Positions 19,292-27,552 of a DNA stretch of 64,000 bases are shown here, piece after piece. Position 1 is the first letter of the stretch. Each line of letters begins with the position of its first letter. Where the stretch lies: NCBI GenBank assembly GCA_021847575.1, contig JAJZQO010000005.1:27745-91744 (forward strand), written 5' to 3'. The translations under genes were made by a program, and so were the position numbers. The notes under the pieces are model-generated. The model did not search any database. It was not told the origin of the DNA and worked only from the letters and a program-made list of their open reading frames with translations. Origin of the DNA: Bacillota bacterium. GTDB taxonomy: Bacteria > Bacillota > Sulfobacillia > JAJZYS01 > JAJYTV01.

Positions 19292-20149
19292 TCAGACGGC
19301 GCCGACGACCGCCATACCCGCGACGCAGACCAGGACGAGGATGAGCCATGTGGCGGCTGCGCCGACGCGCTGCAGCGCCGTGACGTTGTAGTAGCCCGCT
19401 GCCGTTTCGGCTTTGCGCGTGCGCCAGCGGACGATGAGCTGCATCAGCACGAGCAGGGCGATGATGCCGGTGAAGACCGAATGGAAGAAGAGGGCGGCGA
19501 GGATCAAGATCGGCAGTCCGACCCACCAAAGCATGGGGGAGATTGCGGCCACCATCCGGCCGCCGTCGAGCGGCGCCACCGGAATCAGGTTGAAGAGCTG
19601 CAGGAAGAAGCCCGTGTAGGCGAGTGACGCGTAGAGACCCGCCGATGCCGCCGGCGCGACGAAGATGCCGATGGCGAGGACGACTGCGCTCGCCACGGTG
19701 CCGAAAACAGGGCCTGCCGCGGCGATCTTGAACTCCTGCCAGGCATCAAGCGGATGCTGGCGCAGTGCGATGTAGGCGCCGAAAAACGGCACGAACACCG
19801 GCAGGGTGGCGCGCAGACCCTCCCGGCGAATGGCGAAGTAGTGACCGAGTTCGTGGACGGCGAGGATGGCGACGAAGCCGACGCCGAAGGGCCAGCCGAA
19901 CGCGAGGCCGTACAGGAAGATCGAGGCGAGCCCCGAGAGCACGGTGAGAATGAGTTTGAACTTGAGCAGCACGAACAGGATCGCCTTGAGCTTGCCGAGG
20001 ATGACGAGCACGGCGGCCATGGCTCCGCCCAGCTTGGTTCTCAGGCCGCTACGACGCCTGCCGACGACGCGGTCGGCGACGACTTCCGGTGAAAGGGGAT
20101 CCTCGGACACCTGCGAGACCTCCCGGTCCTGACGGCGAAGGCCGCCCAT
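19292..20149 (-). CDS. Peptidase M50-family membrane zinc metalloprotease (small SpoIVFB/site-2-protease-like, no CBS or PDZ domain)
   Basis: HELGH zinc motif inside a TM helix plus a downstream LDGG motif; polytopic. An alternative start at the internal Met (about 20020) would give 243 aa. Confidence 0.75.
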   Translation of the reverse strand: MGGLRRQDREVSQVSEDPLSPEVVADRVVGRRRSGLRTKLGGAMAAVLVILGKLKAILFVLLKFKLILTVLSGLASIFLYGLAFGWPFGVGFVAILAVHELGHYFAIRREGLRATLPVFVPFFGAYIALRQHPLDAWQEFKIAAAGPVFGTVASAVVLAIGIFVAPAASAGLYASLAYTGFFLQLFNLIPVAPLDGGRMVAAISPMLWWVGLPILILAALFFHSVFTGIIALLVLMQLIVRWRTRKAETAAGYYNVTALQRVGAAATWLILVLVCVAGMAVVGAV

Positions 20150-20303
20150 GCCTAGTAACGAAACTATAAGGCATTTCCCTTGGCGTCGTGGTAGAAATCT
20201 GCGGCACTGCGCAAAGCGGCAGGACGCGCTGCCGCTGCCATCCCGCCACTTGACGCCCGAAGGGCGCTTCCGTTACTCTCTGTTAACGTTGTAACTTAAC
20301 GGG

Positions 20304-20651
20304 GTGCGAATGCTCTTGGACGTGCTGGCGCGCCGCGCGCTTCTCTACGACTTTTACGGCCTCGCCTTGCGCGAGCGCCAGCGCAAGGCGTACCAACTGC
20401 ACTACCTTGAGGACCTGTCGCTCGCCGAGTGCGCCGAGGAGCTGGCCTGCAGCCGTCCTGCCGCGCTCCTGCTCGTGCGCCGCGCCGAGAAGACGCTCGA
20501 GGAGCTCGATGCCGCCATCGGCAGCATCGAGCAGCACGAACGCGAGGTCGCGGCCTGGCGGGCGGTGATCGCGGCAGCCGGGGATGGGAACCTTGGGCGC
20601 GTCCGCGACACTGCGCAAGATCGGCTGAAGGAGCTGGCGGCAGATGTTTGA
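20304..20651 (+). CDS. ylxM: YlxM/UPF0122 putative helix-turn-helix protein of the ffh operon
   Basis: About 110 aa (LYDFYGLALRERQRKAYQLHYLEDLSLAECAEELACSRPA) matching YlxM. Immediately upstream of ffh and overlapping it. Confidence 0.75.
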   Translation: MRMLLDVLARRALLYDFYGLALRERQRKAYQLHYLEDLSLAECAEELACSRPAALLLVRRAEKTLEELDAAIGSIEQHEREVAAWRAVIAAAGDGNLGRVRDTAQDRLKELAADV

Positions 20652-21972
20652 GGAACTGCAAGAGCACCTGCGCCAGACCTTCGACCGGTTGCGCGGCCGC
20701 GGCAAGCTGACGCCCGACGACATCAAGAAGGCCTTGCGCGAGGTGCGCATCGCGCTGCTCGATGCCGACGTCCATTTCAGCGTGGCGCGCGATTTCGTGG
20801 CGCGACTCGAGCCGCGCCTGCTCGGGCAGGACGTGCTCGACAGCCTCACGCCGGGCCAGACCGTGCTGCACCACGTTCAGGAGGAGCTGCAGGAACTGCT
20901 GGGAGGTGAGGCGCAGCAGATGCGCCTCGGCGGACCGGCGCCGCACGTGGTGCTGCTGCTCGGGCTGCAGGGCGCGGGCAAGACGACATTCGCGGCCAAG
21001 CTCGCGCTGCGCCTCAAGCAGGAGCAGCACTGGCCGCTCCTGGTCGCCTGCGACCTCAAGCGGCCCGCGGCGATCGAGCAGCTCGCCGTTCTCGGGGGAC
21101 GCATCGACGTGCCGGTCATGCGCCCCGACTCGGGCGACCCCGTCGCGGCCGCCGCCGCCGGCGTGGCCAGGGCCCGCAGCGCGGGCCAGGACGTTGTCCT
21201 GATCGACACCGCGGGCCGCCAGCAGGTGGATGCGGAGCTGATGGCGGAGCTGAAGGCCATCAAGGGCGCCGTGGCGCCGCAGGTGTCGCTGCTGGTGCTC
21301 GACGCCATGACGGGGCAGGCGGCGATGGAGACAGCCAAGACGTTTGCCGCCGAGATCGGCATCGACGGCGTCGCGCTTGCCAAACTGGACGGTGACGCGC
21401 GGGGCGGCGCAGCTCTCTCTGTGCGGGCCGCCACCGGCAAGCCGATTCTCTACGCTTCCTTGGGGGAACGCCCCGAACAGCTCGAGATCTTCCACCCGGA
21501 CCGCATGGCCCAGCGCATTCTCGGCATGGGCGATGTGATGGGCCTCATCGAGCGCGTGCAGAAGCAGGTTTCCGAGCAGAAGGCCGGCGAGATGCAGGGG
21601 CGCCTCAAGAAGGGCGAGGTAACCCTGGACGACCTGATGGACCAGCTGCAGTCCGTGCGCAAGATGGGATCCCTGCGCGACCTCCTCGGCATGATCCCGG
21701 GCGTGTCGCGCAAGATGAAGGACACGCAAGTGGACGAGGGACAGATCGGCAGAAGTGTTGCCATCCTCCAGTCGATGACGCGCCAAGAGCGTCGAGACCC
21801 GCGTCTTCTCGACGCCAGCCGCCGCCGCCGCATCGCGAAGGGCTCGGGAACGAGCGTTTCCGATGTGAACCGGCTGCTGCGCCAGTTCGAAGAGATGCGC
21901 CGGATGGCAAAGGCGATGCGCGGTATGCGCGGCGGCAGAATGCCGCAGTTGCCGCCGCTCGAGAGGAGGTGA
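20644..21972 (+). CDS. ffh: Signal recognition particle protein Ffh
   Basis: N-domain, G-domain ([24 protein letters not shown]) and Met-rich M-domain, 442 aa. Confidence 0.92.
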   Translation: MFEELQEHLRQTFDRLRGRGKLTPDDIKKALREVRIALLDADVHFSVARDFVARLEPRLLGQDVLDSLTPGQTVLHHVQEELQELLGGEAQQMRLGGPAPHVVLLLGLQGAGKTTFAAKLALRLKQEQHWPLLVACDLKRPAAIEQLAVLGGRIDVPVMRPDSGDPVAAAAAGVARARSAGQDVVLIDTAGRQQVDAELMAELKAIKGAVAPQVSLLVLDAMTGQAAMETAKTFAAEIGIDGVALAKLDGDARGGAALSVRAATGKPILYASLGERPEQLEIFHPDRMAQRILGMGDVMGLIERVQKQVSEQKAGEMQGRLKKGEVTLDDLMDQLQSVRKMGSLRDLLGMIPGVSRKMKDTQVDEGQIGRSVAILQSMTRQERRDPRLLDASRRRRIAKGSGTSVSDVNRLLRQFEEMRRMAKAMRGMRGGRMPQLPPLERR

Positions 21973-22247
21973 GCGAACTGGCCGTCAAGATCCGTTTGCG
22001 CCGCATGGGCGCCAAGAAGAACCCGTTCTACAGGATCGTGGTCGCCGACAGCCACTCGCCGCGGGATGGGCGTTTCATCGAGGAGATCGGCTACTACGAT
22101 CCCAAGAAGCAACCCGCGGTGATGGAGATCCAGGCTGAACGCGCCGCGTACTGGCTCAAGAGCGGTGCACAGCCCTCACAGACCGTCCGCGATCTCCTGC
22201 GTCGGGCAGGTGTGGTAGGCGGTAGCCAGGGGGAAGGGACCGACTGA
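21969..22247 (+). CDS. rpsP: 30S ribosomal protein S16
   Basis: [34 protein letters not shown]. Annotated from GTG 21969, but that GTG lies inside the SD AGGAGGTG. CTG 21978 (giving M-AVKIRL, the canonical N-terminus) has better SD spacing. Confidence 0.9.
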   Translation: MSELAVKIRLRRMGAKKNPFYRIVVADSHSPRDGRFIEEIGYYDPKKQPAVMEIQAERAAYWLKSGAQPSQTVRDLLRRAGVVGGSQGEGTD

Positions 22248-22474
22248 TGGAGAACGCGCTGAGGCTCCTGGTGCGATCTCTGGTGCGCGACCCCGATGCG
22301 GTGCGCATCGAGCGCCATGACGAGGGCAAGAGGCTCCTCTTCGTGGTCTGCGTCGCTCCGGAGGACGTCGGCCGGGTCGTGGGCCGCGGTGGCCGGATCG
22401 CGAAGTCCCTGCGCACGCTGATGCGCACAGTGGGCGAGCGGGAGGGTCACCAGGTCGTCGTCGAGGTCAAGTGA
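22247..22474 (+). CDS. KH-domain RNA-binding protein (YlqC/UPF0109)
   Basis: 75 aa with a GxxG KH loop (VGRVVGRGGRIAKSLRTL). Conserved position between rpsP and rimM. Confidence 0.75.
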   Translation: MENALRLLVRSLVRDPDAVRIERHDEGKRLLFVVCVAPEDVGRVVGRGGRIAKSLRTLMRTVGEREGHQVVVEVK

Positions 22475-22971
22475 GGCTCGAGGTCGGGCGCATCGTTGCC
22501 GCCCAGGGCTTGCACGGCGAGGTCCGTGTGCTGATGGACGATCCGTCCATCCCGCTCGCGGGACGCTCTTTGCAAGTGGAGGGCGAGCAGGCGGAGCGCC
22601 GTGTGGAGCGGGAAAGGCCCTGGAAGGCCGGACGCGTCATCGCGTTGAGCGGTGTCGCTGGGCGCGGCGAGGCCGAGCTGCTGGTGGGCCGTCACCTGTT
22701 CGGTGACGACGTGGGCCGGCCGGAGTTGGGCGAGAACCGCTACTACGTGCACGACCTGATCGGCTGTGACGTCCTCGACGAGACCGGCAGGCTGCTTGGC
22801 CGCCTGCAGGCCGTCGAGCCGAAGCCGGCGCAGGACATCTGGGTTGCGGAGGGTCCTCTCGGGACCTACCTCATCCCCGCGGTGCGCGCCACGGTGCTGG
22901 CGGTTGATCCGCAGGCAAGGCGCATCACGGTGCGGGGAGGCGGCGTGCTTGGGCCGGACGCTGCTCGTTGA
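22471..22971 (+). CDS. rimM: 16S rRNA processing protein RimM
   Basis: Opens MRLEVGRIVAAQGLHGEVRV with a PRC-barrel C-terminus. GTG start overlaps the KH-gene stop. Confidence 0.88.
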   Translation: MRLEVGRIVAAQGLHGEVRVLMDDPSIPLAGRSLQVEGEQAERRVERERPWKAGRVIALSGVAGRGEAELLVGRHLFGDDVGRPELGENRYYVHDLIGCDVLDETGRLLGRLQAVEPKPAQDIWVAEGPLGTYLIPAVRATVLAVDPQARRITVRGGGVLGPDAAR

Positions 22972-23644
22972 CATCGTCGGGCTTTTCCCCGACGTCGTTG
23001 CGCAGGGCCTCGGCACGAGCGTGCTGGGACGAGCGCAGGTCCGCGGCCTGCTCGCCGTACGGGCGGTGCAGTTGCGGGACTACGCGCTCGGGCGCCATCT
23101 GTCGCTTGACGACGAGCCGTATGGCGGCGGTGCCGGCATGCTGCTCAGACCGGAGCCGGTACTGCGCGCGATTCGCGCCTTGCGCCGGCCCATGTCGCAG
23201 GTTGTCCTGCTGGCAGCAGATGGGGCAAGATTCGATCAGAGCGCGGCGCAGGAGCTCGCGCACTGCGATCACCTCATCCTGCTTTGCGGGCACTACGAGG
23301 GCTTCGACGCCCGCATCCGCCACTTCGTCGATCGCACGCTGTCGCTCGGGGATTTCGTGCTCAGCGGCGGCGAGCCGGCCGCGCTGGCCATCGTCGACGC
23401 GGTGGCGCGCCTGAGACCCGGCGTGATCGAACCCCGGTCCCTGGTCGAGGAGTCGTTCAACCACGGTCTGCTGGAGGCCCCGCAGTACACCAGACCGCCT
23501 GTGTTCCAGGACATCGCCGTGCCGCCCATCCTGCTCTCCGGCCACCACAGGCGCATCGACGACCACCGCCACGCGGTGGCGCGCAAGCGCACGGGGCGCC
23601 TGAGGCCCGGCGGCACCAGAGGAAACGCTGCAAGGACCCCTTGA
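22949..23644 (+). CDS. trmD: tRNA (guanine37-N1)-methyltransferase TrmD
   Basis: [11 protein letters not shown] ... [13 protein letters not shown] ... [11 protein letters not shown] motifs. TTG start 8 nt after GGGGAGG. Overlaps the rimM 3' end. Confidence 0.88.
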   Translation: MGRTLLVDIVGLFPDVVAQGLGTSVLGRAQVRGLLAVRAVQLRDYALGRHLSLDDEPYGGGAGMLLRPEPVLRAIRALRRPMSQVVLLAADGARFDQSAAQELAHCDHLILLCGHYEGFDARIRHFVDRTLSLGDFVLSGGEPAALAIVDAVARLRPGVIEPRSLVEESFNHGLLEAPQYTRPPVFQDIAVPPILLSGHHRRIDDHRHAVARKRTGRLRPGGTRGNAARTP

Positions 23645-23658
23645 GAGGAGGGCTGAGC

Positions 23659-24000
23659 ATGGACCAGATCCGACGCATCGAGGAGGCGCAGCTGCGGTCC
23701 GACGTGCCGGAGTTCCGGCCGGGAGACACCGTGCGCGTCCACGTCAAGGTCGTCGAGGGCACCCGAGAGCGCATCCAGGCATACGAGGGCGTCGTGATCG
23801 CCCGCAAGCACGGCGGCCTGCGCGAGACGTTCACCGTCCGCCGCGTCACCTACGGCGTGGGCGTCGAGCGCACGTTTCTGCTGCACTCGCCGCGCATCGA
23901 CCGCATCGAAGTGCTGCGCCACGGCGTGGTGCGCCGCGCCAAGCTGTACTACCTGCGTGGCCTGAGCGGCAAAGCCGCGCGCATTCGCGAACGGCGGTAG
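23659..24000 (+). CDS. rplS: 50S ribosomal protein L19
   Basis: Opens [46 protein letters not shown]. Confidence 0.92.
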   Translation: MDQIRRIEEAQLRSDVPEFRPGDTVRVHVKVVEGTRERIQAYEGVVIARKHGGLRETFTVRRVTYGVGVERTFLLHSPRIDRIEVLRHGVVRRAKLYYLRGLSGKAARIRERR

Positions 24001-24007
24001 GCTACCG

Positions 24008-24050
24008 GCGGGGGCGCCAGGGCGCCCTCGCCGTTCTCGGTTTTGCCAAC
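24008..24050 (+). terminator. Intrinsic terminator or attenuator after rplS
   Basis: GC hairpin (GGGCGC cagg GCGCCC) followed by the T-rich run TTCTCGGTTTTGCC. Confidence 0.4.
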
Positions 24051-24066
24051 GTGCGGAGGTGGGATA

Positions 24067-24606
24067 TTGTTCGGGGGACAGCCCCGCAAGGCGTTGCGCG
24101 ACACGCTGGAGACCGTCATCGTCGCTGTCGTGCTGGCGCTCGTCATTCGCACGTTTGTGGTCGAGCCGTTCGTCGTGGACGGCTTTTCGATGCAGAACAC
24201 CCTGCAGAACCATGAGCGGCTGCTCGTCAACAAGCTCACGTTCCACTTCGCGAGTCTGCACTATGGCCAGATCATCGTCTTCCAGCCGCCCCTCGCGGGG
24301 CAGGGAGACTACGTGAAGCGCGTGATCGCAACCGGCGGACAGACTGTCTCAATGGTCAACGGCCAAGTCTTCGTCGACGGCAAGAAGATGCCGCAGCCCT
24401 TCCTCCACCGGCATGGCGTGAGTACGCAGGACAGCTGGAGCATGCCGCCGCTCAAGGTGCCCAAGGGCGACATCTTCGTGCTCGGCGACCATCGCGCCGC
24501 CAGCGAGGACAGCCGCTTCTTCGGACCGGTCAGGGTGTCGGCGGTGCAGGGCGTGGCGTTCTGGGTGATTTGGCCGCTACAGGACTTCGGCCCGATCCCA
24601 TACTAG
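24067..24606 (+). CDS. lepB: Signal peptidase I
   Basis: N-terminal TM helix, SMQNTL (catalytic Ser) and VKRVIA (catalytic Lys) boxes, plus GDHRAASEDSR. The TTG start at 24067 is 7 nt after GGAGG. The ORF-track start is 24043. Confidence 0.8.
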   Translation: MFGGQPRKALRDTLETVIVAVVLALVIRTFVVEPFVVDGFSMQNTLQNHERLLVNKLTFHFASLHYGQIIVFQPPLAGQGDYVKRVIATGGQTVSMVNGQVFVDGKKMPQPFLHRHGVSTQDSWSMPPLKVPKGDIFVLGDHRAASEDSRFFGPVRVSAVQGVAFWVIWPLQDFGPIPY

Positions 24607-24718
24607 GCCTGTCAACCACCCCGCGGCTGAAGCCGGGGGCATCCGGGGCTAAGGGACGGTGAGCGCAGGCGCCGGGTTTCCCGTCGCCCGCATCCGCACC
24701 GGCAGGGAGGTGGGCCTT

Positions 24719-25477
24719 GTGGCTGGCGGACAGCCCATGCACATGCAGCGGGCCGAGATGGTGCTGCGCGACGCGCGGCACCATCTCGACCTCTGGCTCG
24801 AGGTTGCGGACGCCCGTGCGCCCCTTGCGTCGCGACTTCCCCGCCTTCGCCATCTCCTGAAGGATGTGGAGGGTGCGCTCATCCTCACGCACGTGGACCT
24901 GGCGGACCGCGAGGCCGTGGCCCTTTGGCAGGCGGTCCTGCCTGAGCCGTGCTTCTTCATCAACGCCCGCCAGACAGTTCCCGTCGCCCTCAGGCGCTGG
25001 CTCGGCGCGCGCATGGGCAGGCCGCCCCTGCGGCTGTTCGTCGCTGGTCTGCCGAACGTCGGCAAGTCCACGCTGATCAACCGCCTGGCTGGGGCCCACG
25101 TGGCACCTGTCGGGGCGCGCGCCGGCGTGACCCGCGCGGAGACCTGGGTGCGGCGCGGCGATCTTGCGATCCTGGACCTTCCCGGCATCCTGCCGCGCGA
25201 TCCGAGCATCCTGGCGGCGGCGCTCGGCCTGGTGCCCGAGGGGCAGTACGATCCCGAGGAGGCGGCAGCGGCGGTCCTGGACCGCCTGCCGGCAGCGGCG
25301 GACCGCTACGGCATCGACGTCGACCAGGTGGTCTGCCTCGAGGCCGTCGCGCGCAGCCAGCGCCTTGTCGGGCGCGGCGGAGCCCACAACCTCGAGCGCG
25401 CGGCGGCCAGGGTGCTGCAGGATTTGCGCGACGGCAGGATCGTGCCCGCGCAGCTGGAGTGGCCCGATGCCGAATAG
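24719..25477 (+). CDS. rbgA: Ribosome biogenesis GTPase A (YlqF/RbgA), circularly permuted GTPase
   Basis: The GLPNVGKSTLINRL G1 motif sits after the G4/G5 region, which is the permuted order. GTG start is 5 nt after GGAGGTGG. The ORF-track frame opens at 24659. Confidence 0.8.
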   Translation: MAGGQPMHMQRAEMVLRDARHHLDLWLEVADARAPLASRLPRLRHLLKDVEGALILTHVDLADREAVALWQAVLPEPCFFINARQTVPVALRRWLGARMGRPPLRLFVAGLPNVGKSTLINRLAGAHVAPVGARAGVTRAETWVRRGDLAILDLPGILPRDPSILAAALGLVPEGQYDPEEAAAAVLDRLPAAADRYGIDVDQVVCLEAVARSQRLVGRGGAHNLERAAARVLQDLRDGRIVPAQLEWPDAE

Positions 25478-26102
25478 GGAGCGCCTGCAAGGCGCCGTGC
25501 GGCGCAGCGAGGAGCTGCGGGCGTGGGGCCATCTGCTGCTCTGCGGCCTGGACGAGGTCGGCCGCGGCGCCCTGGCTGGACCCGTGGCTGCCGGCGCCGT
25601 GGTGCTGCGGGAACCTCTCGACCTGCCGGGCCTCGACGACTCCAAACTCCTGACACCTCTCCAGCGTCGGCGGCTCGCGCCGCGGATCCGCGCGCAGGCG
25701 GCGGCCACGGCCGTTGGCTACGCCCAGGCGCGCGAGATCGACCGCATCGGCATCGTGGCGGCGACGCAGCTTGCCATGCGCCGGGCGCTCGCGCGGCTCG
25801 GCGTCGTGCCGGACCACCTGCTGCTGGACGCCTTCCCCCTGCCTGGCGTCGAGCTGCCGCAGCTCGCCCGCGACAAGGGAGACCGGCTGTTCCAGGAGGT
25901 TGCCGCCGCTTCGGTGATCGCCAAAGTGGAGCGGGACGCCTTGATGGAGCGCATCGCGGCGGCCTACCCAGCTTACGGCTGGCAGGGCAACAAGGGGTAT
26001 GGGGCGCCCAGGCACCTTGAGGCGATCGGGCTCTACGGGTTGACTCCCTGGCATCGGCGCAGCTTCTGCCATAGCCTCGGCTTGCCGGCCGAAGGCGCCT
26101 GA
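25467..26102 (+). CDS. rnhB: Ribonuclease HII
   Basis: LLCGLDEVGRGALAGPVAAGAVVL (the DEVGRG active site) and a DDSKLL motif. The ATG overlaps the rbgA stop. Confidence 0.85.
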   Translation: MPNRERLQGAVRRSEELRAWGHLLLCGLDEVGRGALAGPVAAGAVVLREPLDLPGLDDSKLLTPLQRRRLAPRIRAQAAATAVGYAQAREIDRIGIVAATQLAMRRALARLGVVPDHLLLDAFPLPGVELPQLARDKGDRLFQEVAAASVIAKVERDALMERIAAAYPAYGWQGNKGYGAPRHLEAIGLYGLTPWHRRSFCHSLGLPAEGA

Positions 26103-26175
26103 CAGGTCTGCGCAGGTCCGCCCACGGACCTCACTGGAAACGCAAACATATGCAGAGGTGCACGGACACGAAAAA

Positions 26176-26200
26176 GCAGGCCGGGCTGTGCCGGGCCTGC
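26176..26200. terminator. Bidirectional hairpin terminator between rnhB and the convergent NlpC/P60 gene
   Basis: An 11-bp stem with one mismatch (GCAGGCCGGGC tgt GCCGGGCCTGC), flanked by A-tracts on both sides. Confidence 0.5.
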
Positions 26201-26234
26201 AAAATGCTCTTGGCCTTGGTGTGCCAGGCTCTGT

Positions 26235-27122
26235 CTAGTAGATGCGTCGGGCACCCATGTAGCGTTCCGACCAGTAGGGGTTCGCAAGGCTCGAGTACTG
26301 GGTGACCGTGCCCCAGTTCTCCGCCTGGATGAACTCGCCGTCGCCCATGTAGATGCCAACGTGGCTCGCGTAGCCTTCCGTGTCGAAGAAGACCAGATCG
26401 CCCGGTTCAAGGTCCGCGCGCGGGATTGGCGTGCCCGTCATGAACTGTGCACTCGCCGTGCGCGGCAGGGTGACGCCGAGCACGTGCCCGAGATACCAGA
26501 CGAGGCCCGAGCAGTCGAAGCCGTACGACGGGTCGGCGCCGCCGAAGACGTAGCGCACGCCGAGGTACTTGGGCGCGAGGGCCGCAAGTTCCGCGCCGAA
26601 GTTGGAGGGCGACGGCACCGAGGCCGCAACCGCTTCCGCGCTTGGGATGACCAGGCTTGCCCCGATCTGCAGTGTGCCCGCGTTGATCGAGGGGTTGGCG
26701 GCTTCGAGCGCCGCGAGGGGTACGCCCTGGGAACTCGCGATCGACGACAGGGTGTCGCCCGCCTGGACGACATACAGGCTGCCGCGCGGGTCCGAGCCGC
26801 GCGAGACACCATGCGAGAGCACCGCGAACTCCCTGAACGTGTAGTTCGCCACGACACCTGTGGTCGGCAGTCCGTGCGCCTTCTGGAACGCCTTCACCGC
26901 CGCGAGGGTCGCAAGGCCGAAGTAGCCGTCCTCGTTCACTCGGTAGCCCATGTCGCGAAGCTTGAGTTGGAGAACCCTGACGTCCCGGTGGTCCTGGCTG
27001 CCGTAACGAAGAACTTTCTGGCCGAAGGCGGCGTGCCCGATTCCGGCGGGCAGGAGCATTGCGACAAGAGCGCCGCCCATCAACGCACCTGAAACCCGGT
27101 TCCTGTCGAACCGCAGGCGCAA
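26235..27122 (-). CDS. Secreted cell-wall hydrolase: signal peptide, peptidoglycan-binding domain, LysM and a C-terminal NlpC/P60 endopeptidase
   Basis: Signal peptide, PG_binding_1-like segment (RDMGYRVNEDGYFGLATLAAVKAFQKAHGLPTTG), LysM (YVVQAGDTLSSIASSQGVPLAALEAANP), and NlpC/P60 residues (DCSGLV ... H ... ). Confidence 0.8.
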   Translation of the reverse strand: MRLRFDRNRVSGALMGGALVAMLLPAGIGHAAFGQKVLRYGSQDHRDVRVLQLKLRDMGYRVNEDGYFGLATLAAVKAFQKAHGLPTTGVVANYTFREFAVLSHGVSRGSDPRGSLYVVQAGDTLSSIASSQGVPLAALEAANPSINAGTLQIGASLVIPSAEAVAASVPSPSNFGAELAALAPKYLGVRYVFGGADPSYGFDCSGLVWYLGHVLGVTLPRTASAQFMTGTPIPRADLEPGDLVFFDTEGYASHVGIYMGDGEFIQAENWGTVTQYSSLANPYWSERYMGARRIY

Positions 27123-27552
27123 CGTGGAAACCCCCTTGAAAAATTGCCTCCGAGGTTAGCTCTGGGTTCGGGTCCAAGGGAGCAGACGACCCTACGCCTT
27201 GCGGCGATTCACCCGGCGATCGGGACCATGCCCGACGCTCGTTGGGTTCCCCGTAGACCGCTCATGCGGTCATTAGGCATGCAACCATTCTAACCACATG
27301 AAGTTGTCACTGTCACGTGGCAAATTGACCTTTTTAAGCAAACGTTGCGGCCAGATCCGCCCCTGTGTCCGACGGACCCGATGCGAGGGTCCGGCAGGCC
27401 GTTCTTCAGAGGAAGTGACGGCCGCGGACTGGACAGAAGGCACCCTGTTGCTGCAGGGTTGGCTGAGCAGGAAATGCTACCGGTGCGCCGAATGCAGCCG
27501 GGACGTTCGGAGCCCTGCCCAAAGGGCCGGACCCGGCACGGGAGGAAAGCCA

